64,000 bases of DNA, from contig OZ244852.1 in NCBI GenBank assembly GCA_965220965.1, positions 2,432,001 to 2,496,000 on the forward strand, in the 5' to 3' direction. Numbering within the stretch: the first letter of the stretch is position 1; every line of letters starts with the position of its first letter. The notes under the pieces are model-generated. The model had not been told where the DNA came from. It saw only the letters and a list, made by a program, of their open reading frames with translations, and did not search any database. Of this stretch, positions 56,390 through 64,000 are shown one piece after another. Both the position numbers and the translations under genes were made by a program. This DNA is from Candidatus Marinacidobacterium sp. GTDB taxonomy: Bacteria > Acidobacteriota > Vicinamibacteria > Marinacidobacterales > Marinacidobacteraceae.

Positions 56390-57439
56390 ATGGCGCGTCA
56401 GGAATTGTCCGGTCCGCCGGTTGAGGATTCGTTCGGGCGGCCGCTGCGCAGCTTGCGGCTGTCGGTGACCGACCGATGCAACCTGCGGTGCGAGTACTGC
56501 ATGCCGGAGGAGGAGTACGTCTGGCTGCCGCGGAAGGACCTGTTGCGGTTCGAGGAGACGGCGTTTCTGGTGGAGCGGTTCGTCGCCCTCGGCGTGCGGC
56601 GGGTCCGCATCACCGGAGGGGAGCCCCTGCTGCGGCAGCACGTTCCCGAGCTCGTGACGCGGGTGGCGGCCGTGCGGGGGATCGAGGACATCGCGCTCAC
56701 CACGAACGGCGTCTTCCTCCCGAAGCAGGCGGAGGCGCTGCGCGCGGCTGGCCTCCATCGGATCACCGTGAGTCTGGACACGCTGCGCCGGGACCGGTTC
56801 CGGGAGCTGACGCGTCGCGACGATCTCTCCCGGGTGCGCGAGGGGATCGCCGCCGCGCGGGCCGCCGGTCTGCTGCCGCTCAAGCTGGACACCGTCGTCA
56901 TGCGGGGGTTCAACGACGATGAACTCGCGGACCTGTTCGAGTTCGCCAGCGAGCACGATGCCGAGGTTCGCTTCATCGAGTACATGGATGTCGGCGGCGC
57001 CACGAACTGGCGTCCCGAGCGGGTCCTTTCGGCGAAGACGATCCGCGAAGTGATGCGCCGGCGCTACGGCGGGCTCGAGCCGGTCGAGGGCCAGGATCCG
57101 GCTGCGCCGGCGCGGCGCTACCGCGTGCCCGACGGCAGAGTGTTCGGGATCATCGCCTCGGTGACGGAGCCGTTCTGCCGGTCGTGCGACCGCAGCCGGG
57201 TGACTGCGGACGGTCGCTGGTACCGGTGTCTCTATGCGGTGGACGGGATCGACTTGCGCGGTCCGCTTCGCGCCGGCGCGAGCGCGGCGGAGATCGAGGC
57301 GCTGATCGCCTCCGGCTGGCGCGTCCGGGAGGACCGCGGCGCCGAAGAGCGCGCCGCCCTCGATCGCCGGGCCCCGCTGGTCCAGATCTCGGACCTGCGG
57401 GCCGATCCCCACCTCGAGATGCACACCCGGGGGGGCTGA
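56390..57439 (+). CDS. moaA: GTP 3',8-cyclase
   Basis: LRLSVTDRCNLRCEYCMP, TGGEPL, FCRSCDR...CL, C-terminal GG. Confidence 0.95.
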   Translation: MARQELSGPPVEDSFGRPLRSLRLSVTDRCNLRCEYCMPEEEYVWLPRKDLLRFEETAFLVERFVALGVRRVRITGGEPLLRQHVPELVTRVAAVRGIEDIALTTNGVFLPKQAEALRAAGLHRITVSLDTLRRDRFRELTRRDDLSRVREGIAAARAAGLLPLKLDTVVMRGFNDDELADLFEFASEHDAEVRFIEYMDVGGATNWRPERVLSAKTIREVMRRRYGGLEPVEGQDPAAPARRYRVPDGRVFGIIASVTEPFCRSCDRSRVTADGRWYRCLYAVDGIDLRGPLRAGASAAEIEALIASGWRVREDRGAEERAALDRRAPLVQISDLRADPHLEMHTRGG

Positions 57440-57466
57440 GGCGCGGGCCGCGCCTCGCGGCCCCGG

Positions 57467-58468
57467 TCAGCGCTCTGACGGACCCGGATCCGGCTCCGGC
57501 GTGTCTTCCTGGAGACGGATTTCCACGATGGCGTTCTCGCGCAGGTTCTCCACGAAGTTGCCCATCTCGGCTTCCATCTTCTCGTTGTAGAGCGCCTCGG
57601 CGATCTGGTTCCGGACTTCGTCCAGCGGGATCGTGGAGCCCTCGGTGCGCTCGTCCACCTGGAGGAGATAGAACGACTCGCCAATGCGGATGGCATCGGA
57701 GATCTGGCCCGCCTCCATCGCTTCGACGACGGACCGGAACGATTCGTCGAGTTCGCGAATCGCGAACAGCCCGAGGACTCCACCGCTCTCGGCGGAGTCC
57801 GATTCCGACCGCACCATGGCGACCTCGGCGAAGTCGGTCCCGGATTCGATCAGCCCCCTCGCCTCTTCGATGCGCGCGCGAGCGTCGGCCTCTCCCGCTT
57901 CCCCGATGTGGACCACGAGTTCGCGAAGTCGAACCTGGGGCGGACTCGAGAAGTCGTCCACGTTTTCGCGGTAGCGCTGTTCGATCTCGGGCTCGCTGAT
58001 GCGGACCCGCTCCTCGATGTCCTGACGCCGGATCTCCTGGATCAGGACTCCCTCGAAGAACTGGCGCCTCAACTCGTCGATCGTGGTGCCCTGGAGCTCC
58101 ACCTGCCGGGCGAACTCTTCCTCGTCGGGAAGGTTCATCTCCTTCATGGTGGCTTCCTTCCACTCCTCGAAGTAGCGGTCCGGCACCCGCAGGCCGCGCT
58201 GCTCCGCGACCTGGAGAATGAGCGCGTTGTCCACCATCCCCTCGAGGATCTGCGCCCGGAATTCGGCGCGGACGGCCGGGTCGTCGGGGATCCCGAGCCG
58301 CTCCACCTGGATTTCGACCTGCCGGTCCAGATCGCTCATCGTGATCATGTCCCCGTTCACGAGGGCCACCACCCGGTCCACGACTTCCCCCTGGGCGGCG
58401 GCTTGCGGGACCGCCAGCGCAAGGCAGGCCAACGCAAGGAATACGGGGCGGCGGAAGGGAAACGGCAT
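57467..58468 (-). CDS. SurA-like parvulin peptidyl-prolyl isomerase
   Basis: VDRVVALVNGDMIT; DFAEVA...SAESGGVLG. Confidence 0.85.
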   Translation of the reverse strand: MPFPFRRPVFLALACLALAVPQAAAQGEVVDRVVALVNGDMITMSDLDRQVEIQVERLGIPDDPAVRAEFRAQILEGMVDNALILQVAEQRGLRVPDRYFEEWKEATMKEMNLPDEEEFARQVELQGTTIDELRRQFFEGVLIQEIRRQDIEERVRISEPEIEQRYRENVDDFSSPPQVRLRELVVHIGEAGEADARARIEEARGLIESGTDFAEVAMVRSESDSAESGGVLGLFAIRELDESFRSVVEAMEAGQISDAIRIGESFYLLQVDERTEGSTIPLDEVRNQIAEALYNEKMEAEMGNFVENLRENAIVEIRLQEDTPEPDPGPSER

Positions 58469-58555
58469 GCTGGGACTCCGGGACGCGACTTCGGATTCTA
58501 GTTTCGGCCCGGTTCGGTCCTCCGGAAGCGCAGGGAACATCCTCACGGGTCGCCG

Positions 58556-59497
58556 TCAGGGCGCGTCGGAAAGAACGCCGAGATAAGGAAAGGGGAGCTG
58601 CTCGGTGTGGACGGTGACCGGGTGGCGTTCCCGCAGTTCTTCGAGAAGCGTCTCCATCCGGGCGTCCGCCTCCCGGCGAAGCACGGTCATCCGGACGACG
58701 GGCTCCACTTCCTCGAAGGGCAGCGCCTCCGCCTCGCTCCTCTCGTCCACGCGGAAGATCCGGTAGCCGGCCGCGGTTTCCACCGGCTCGGTGATGCCGC
58801 CAGCTTCGAGACGGAAGACGGCGTCGTTGACCCCGGAGGGCAGTTCGTTTCGGCGAAATGCGCCGATGTCCTCGAACCGCTCGCTCATCCGCGCCGCCTC
58901 CGAAGGGTCCTCCCTCAGGCGGGCGGCCGCCGCCAGGGCTTCCTCGCGGCTGGCGAACCCGAGTTCGGACAGGTGGACCGACTCGGGGCGAGCGTAGAAG
59001 CCCCGGTTCGCCTCGAACTCCGTCCGCACCGCATCCTCGCTTACGTCCACTTCGGCGAGCACGACGGTCCTGACCAGCTCCTCGACGCGGAGCCGGTTCC
59101 GGACGGCGTTCCGGAGCCGCGCCTCCGGTTGCGGAGCGCGCGCTTCCGGGTCCTGCGGCGCCGCGTCCGGCAGGACATCGGCCCGGGCGGCGCGGCTGAG
59201 CGCGCTCACCTCGGCGACGATGCGGCTCTCCGGAACTTCGACCCCGGCCTCATCGGCGGCGAGGAGGAGCAGTTGCTCGCCGACGAACTCGTCGAGAAAC
59301 GTGCTGAGCAGCGCCGGATCCCGCCCCCGGGTGAACGACGCGTGCGACGCCACGAATCCGTCGAAGTCCGCCTGGGTGAACTCGCGATCGCCCAGCGTGA
59401 TGACCAGCGGCTCGGGCGCCTCGCCCAGCCATCCGCACCCGGCCAGCCCGCCGCCGAGGACCAGCGCCATCGCCGCGCGGCGGATCCCGCTGGTCAC
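58556..59497 (-). CDS. SurA/PrsA-like foldase lipoprotein
   Basis: LAGC lipobox; PVETAAGYRIF rotamase motif; GTGA-coupled to mfd. Confidence 0.78.
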   Translation of the reverse strand: MTSGIRRAAMALVLGGGLAGCGWLGEAPEPLVITLGDREFTQADFDGFVASHASFTRGRDPALLSTFLDEFVGEQLLLLAADEAGVEVPESRIVAEVSALSRAARADVLPDAAPQDPEARAPQPEARLRNAVRNRLRVEELVRTVVLAEVDVSEDAVRTEFEANRGFYARPESVHLSELGFASREEALAAAARLREDPSEAARMSERFEDIGAFRRNELPSGVNDAVFRLEAGGITEPVETAAGYRIFRVDERSEAEALPFEEVEPVVRMTVLRREADARMETLLEELRERHPVTVHTEQLPFPYLGVLSDAP

Positions 59498-62400
59498 GCC
59501 GCCCCGACCTCCGCGGTGGCGGGTCCGCGCGCGCGGCTGGCCGCCTCGACGGCGTCCATGGCCATCGCCGCCGAGCGCAGGACGGCGGCCGGAGAGGCGC
59601 CGCCCTCGACCGGCGCGCGGAACGCCAGGCCGCTCGCCTCCTCCGATTCAAAGCGCAGGACGCCGCCCTCCCGGCGCACCGCGGTGTACCCCGCCGCCTC
59701 GGCTCGAAGCCGGAGCCGCTCGTGTTCGAACAGGAGCCCCACGTCCTCGGGAGGCGGGCCGAACCGGTCGCGGACTTCCGCCTCCAGCCGGTCGAGCGCC
59801 CCCGGATCCCGGGCCGCCGAGCACCGCTTGTAGAGCCACATCCGCCGCCGTTCGTCACCGAGCCAGGATTCGGGGATCCGCAGTTGGAAGCGCAGTTGCA
59901 TGGCGCAGCGTCGCCGGGTCGTCTCGCCGCGAGCCTCGGCCACCGCCTCTTCGAGCAAACGGTAGTAGAGATCGAACCCCACCGCTTCGAGGTGTCCGTG
60001 CTGGGCCGCCCCGAGGAGGTTGCCGGCGCCGCGGAGCTCCATGTCGAGCGCCGCCACCCGGAACCCGCGCCGAGTTCGCTGAACTCCCGAAGCGCCGCGA
60101 GTCGCGGCCGGGCGCTCTCCGAGAGCGCCGCGCCGGTCGGCGTGAGCAGGTAGGCGTACGCGCGCCTCGAGGAGCGCCCGACGCGTCCCCGGATCTGGTA
60201 GAGCTGCGCCAGCCCGAAGGTGTCGGCGCGGTTCACGATCAGGGTGTTCACGCGGGGGAGATCGAGGCCGTTTTCGATGATGGTCGTGGAGAGCAGGATG
60301 TCGGCCTCGCGCTCCTGGAAGCGGAGCAGCGCCCGCTCCAGCGCGGTCTCGCGCATCTGGCCGTGCGCGGTGAGGACGCGCGCCTCCGGCACGATCCGGC
60401 TGAGCAGCTTCTCCATCGCCGGAAGCGATTCGATCCGGTTGTGGACGAAGTACACCTGCCCCTCGCGGTCCAGTTCGTGCCGGACGGCCTCCGCGATCCG
60501 GTTCGGGTCGAAAGAGAGCACGTGCGTCTGGATCGCCATCCGGTCCCGGGGCGGGGTCTCGATCACCGACATGTCCCGGATCCCCGACAGCGACATGTTC
60601 AGCGTGCGGGGGATCGGGGTGGCGGTCATCGCCAGGTGATCCACGTGAAGCGCCATCCGCTTCAGTTTCTCCTTCGCGGTGACGCCGAACCGCTGTTCCT
60701 CGTCCACGATCAGCAGGCCGAGGTCGCGAAACGCCACATCCTTCGAGAGGAGCCGGTGGGTCCCGATCACGATGTCCACGGCGCCGTCGGCGAGCCCGCC
60801 GACCACCTGACGGGCCTGTTTCGGCGTCCGGAAACGGGACAGCAGCTCCACCCGGACCGGGAAGTCGCGGAAGCGCGCCTCGAACAGCCGGTAGTGCTGC
60901 GCGGCGAGAACCGTGGTGGGCGCCAGCACCGCGACCTGTTTGCCGTCCATCGCGGCCTTGAACGCGGCCCGGAGCGCCACTTCGGTCTTTCCGAAGCCGA
61001 CATCTCCGGCGAGCAGGCGATCCATCGGAGTCGCCGCCTCCATGTCGGCGAAGATCTCCCGGATCGCGCGGACCTGGTCCTCGGTTTCGGTCCATTCGAA
61101 GCCGTCCTCGAAGTCCTCCATGCCCGGAGTCACGCTCGGGAACGCGTGCCCGGCCGTGCGGCGCCGACCGGCGTAGAGCCGGATCAGTTCGTCGGCGATG
61201 TCGCGCATCGCCTTCGAGACCCGTTTCTTGCGGCGCGCCCAGCTCGTTCCTCCCAGACGATCCAGCGCCGGGGGGCCGGTCGAGGCGGCGGCCGAATACT
61301 TCTCGAGCAGGTCCAGCCGCTCTACCGGCAGGAGGAGGGTCCCGCCTCCCCGGTACCGGATCTCGACAAACTCGGGCGCGTCCCGGCCGTCGCCGACCCG
61401 CTTCATCCCGATGAACCGCCCCACTCCGTGGTCGGTGTGCACGACCGGATCGCCGGGCTTCAGGTCGCGGAAATCGGACAGGAACGTGCGCGATCCGGCG
61501 CTTCGCCGGGGCGCGCGTGGTGGCGCGGCCACCATCTCGGTTCCGCTGACGACCTCGAACCCCAGCCCGGGCATCTCGAAGCCGGCGCTGAACCTCGCGG
61601 CGTGCACAAACACCCGGGACGACGCCTGCTCCGGAGGGGCTGACGCCGCCTCCGGCTCACCCGGCCGCAGCACCCGCGCGCCAGCCTCGGCGGCCCGGGC
61701 GCCAAACCGCATCGCGGCGCCGTCTCCCGGAACGAACACATGGACGGCGCGACGCGGATCGCCGGCGGCGACCAGCGAATCGAGGAACTCCCGGATCCGG
61801 CCGCGGAAGGAACCCAGCGGGCGCGACGGGAGGTCGTTCCCCTCGCCCCGGGCCTCGAGCTCGAACAGCCCCACCGGGCCGTCCTCCCCGGGCGCGGCTG
61901 TCCAGCGCTTCCTGAGTTCTTCGGGATCCACCGCCAGGGCCTCGGGCGACGCGCACTCCGCCAGCCGGCCGCCGCGAGAGGCGGCCCGGCCGCCCCAGAT
62001 GCGCCGGGTCTCGGCGTCGGCCGCCTCGAAGAACGCTTCCGGTTCTTCGATGAGGATGTCGGCTCGCTCGAGATAGTCGGCGAACGCGCTCTCGAAGCCG
62101 GGGGTTCCCGGAAGCCGGAATGCGGGATGTGGCTCGAACCCGTCGCTATCGCCCACCCACTCCCAGGCTGGCGGCGCGAGCACGGCGACCCCTGCTTCCA
62201 GCTCGCGGATGCTGCGCTGCGTCTCGACCTCGAACTCCCGAAGCGACTCGACGCCGTCGAAACCGAACTCGATCCGCAGCGGCAGCGACCGGTCCACCGG
62301 GAACACATCCACGATGCCGCCGCGTCGGGCGAAGTCCCCGGGTCCGCTCACCGGGTCCTCGTAGCGGTAACCCGCGCGGGCCAGCGCTTCTCCGAGCGCC

Positions 62401-62882
62401 GAGGGAGACCGGCCCGGTCCCACCCGCAGGGCGACGGCCGCCTCGCGGATGCGGTTGGGCGCCGCGGTGCGCGCCAGCGCTCCGCTCGCCGAGGCGACGA
62501 CGAACGGCGGCGGACCGTCCGCGGCGACGAGGGAATGGAGCGTGACCGCGCGGAGCGCCAGCGTCTCCGGATGGGGCGCCACTCCGGCGTAAGGGTTGAC
62601 TCCGGGACCGGGGAGGCGGACCACCCGGTGCGGGGCGTCGAGCGCCGCGAGCAGTGATTCGAGGTCGGCCGCCGCCGGCAGGAGCCGGGCGTCGTCCCCG
62701 GTGAGCAGCACGGCGGCGCGCCCGGAGACCCGCGCCCACGCCGCGGCGACCGCCAGACGCGCCGGGCCGGAGAGTCGCCCGACGGCGGTCACACCGCGAC
62801 CTCTCCGCTCCCGGATGGCCGCGAGCAGCGACTCGAAGCCGGGAGGGTCCGGGCCGGGCGCCCCTGGGGAGCGATGCTCCAC
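59494..62882 (-). CDS. mfd: Transcription-repair coupling factor, frameshifted at about 60065
   Basis: [51 protein letters not shown]; the C-terminus ([12 protein letters not shown]...) continues in another frame. Confidence 0.9.
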
Positions 62883-62888
62883 AGACGC

Positions 62889-63407
62889 TCAGGCGGTCGG
62901 GCGAACCCGCCGCGCGACCAGGACGGCGGCCTCCGGGGAGGCGGCGCAGGCGGCGCCCGGGAGGCGCCAGTCGGGCTCCGCTCCAGACCAGGTCGCGACC
63001 GGTTTCCCCAGGGTCTGGGCCATGGCTGCTTCCGAGCGGGTGCCCGCCTTTCCGGGAAGGGCGATGACGCCGTCCGCCGCCTGCACGACGAGGAAGTTCC
63101 GGAAGTGCCCGAGTCCGGTGGGGATCGCGAGCTCGACGTGCGGGTTCGCGGCGCGCCGGTCGGTTCCCGGAAGGATTCCGATCGTGAGGCCGCCGGCCTC
63201 GCGCGCGCCCTGGCACGCCGCCTCCATGACGCCGCCGAGGCCGCCGCAGATCAGGTGGGCGCCGGCGCGGGCCACCGCCCGCCCGACGGCGCGCGCGTCG
63301 CGCAGCACGCCCGTCGAGGCCTCGGAGCCTCCGATCACCGCGATCTGTGGGGTCGGCGTCGCTCCCGCCTCGCCGGAAACCACTCCCGTCGGCGCACGTT
63401 CCGGCAT
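62889..63407 (-). CDS. LOG/TIGR00725-like nucleotide-binding protein
   Basis: IAVIGG, CGGLGGVMEA, IGILPG, RNFLVV, GKAGTRSE. Confidence 0.85.
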   Translation of the reverse strand: MPERAPTGVVSGEAGATPTPQIAVIGGSEASTGVLRDARAVGRAVARAGAHLICGGLGGVMEAACQGAREAGGLTIGILPGTDRRAANPHVELAIPTGLGHFRNFLVVQAADGVIALPGKAGTRSEAAMAQTLGKPVATWSGAEPDWRLPGAACAASPEAAVLVARRVRPTA

Positions 63408-63555
63408 CCCGGCCATCCTAACCATGGCACGCGTGGAGGAACCGCCCTGAAGGCGCCCGGGCCGTCTTCGGAGCGCGGTCGCGGCCCGCCGCCTTCGGCC
63501 ACGCGGCCCGGGCCTCGACCGGGAGAACCAGACTGCTAACCTGCCGGATTCGGTC

Positions 63556-64000
63556 ATGCCGCGCGCCCGCCCCCCTGTTCGGCGTCCCGCCGGAGTCGCG
63601 CGGCGCGCCCGGCTCTCGCTGGATCGGGTCTGGCCCCAGCACGTCGTGCCGGGGGGTCGCGTCGACATCAGCGGGCGCGGTTTCACGGTGGACCAGGCGA
63701 GCCGCCTGCGGGTGTTCTTCGGCGAGGAGGAGGGTCACCTCTACCGGGTGTCTTCGAGGAGGCTCGCGGTCCGGGTTCCCGAAGGCGGCGGCGCCGAGGT
63801 GCGCATCTGCCTGAACGACCGGGAGACCGAGCCCTACCGGATCGCGGTGGGTCGTCGGGTCGCCGATGAACTCGACATCGTCTCGAATCCGGTCTACGAC
63901 CCGGAGGGCAACCTCTACTCGACGGTCAGCGGCCGCCGGGGCGAGCGCATCCCTCACCCGGTCTACCGGTTTCGCCACGACATGGATCCCGAGGATCCCC
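63556..64000 (+). CDS. IPT/TIG-like domain plus beta-propeller (gluconolactonase-like) protein, 3' truncated by window edge
   Basis: PGGRVDISGRGF...LAVRVPEG, then NPVYDPEGNLYSTVSGRRG; open to the end of the window. Confidence 0.6.
   Translation, partial: MPRARPPVRRPAGVARRARLSLDRVWPQHVVPGGRVDISGRGFTVDQASRLRVFFGEEEGHLYRVSSRRLAVRVPEGGGAEVRICLNDRETEPYRIAVGRRVADELDIVSNPVYDPEGNLYSTVSGRRGERIPHPVYRFRHDMDPEDP

Overview
GC-rich (roughly 70%) bacterial chromosomal segment. The gene set and order (amidase-GerMN-rph-rdgB; mfd followed by two SurA-like PPIases) suggest an Acidobacteriota-type organism; this is inference. Housekeeping genes (ino1, rph, rdgB, thiI, trxA, moaA, mfd, five tRNAs) are interleaved with many exported hydrolases/oxidoreductases and small accessory cassettes: two ABC-ATPase + TOPRIM-like pairs, two AAA_14-DUF4143 ATPases, an AbiEii-type TA pair, an orphan Phd antitoxin, and eroded Fic and DUF4143 remnants. 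Three loci stand out. (1) A complete quinohemoprotein amine dehydrogenase system (qhpA-D-C-B-F-E plus qhpG). Its gamma peptide has an extra fifth Cys spaced like the known thioether crosslinks, a Tat-exported PLP enzyme is inserted between qhpG and qhpA, and a CehA/McbA-type hydrolase is coupled to qhpG. (2) An uncharacterised three-gene exported operon: Ig-like repeat protein, Tat alkaline-phosphatase-superfamily protein, Tat Zn-ribbon peptide. (3) A 2x[4Fe-4S] protein and a Cys/His-motif protein bracketing the AbiEii pair. mfd carries a one-base frameshift, several genes appear to start at CTG, and many look leaderless. All product calls come from motif recognition by eye; no searches were run.
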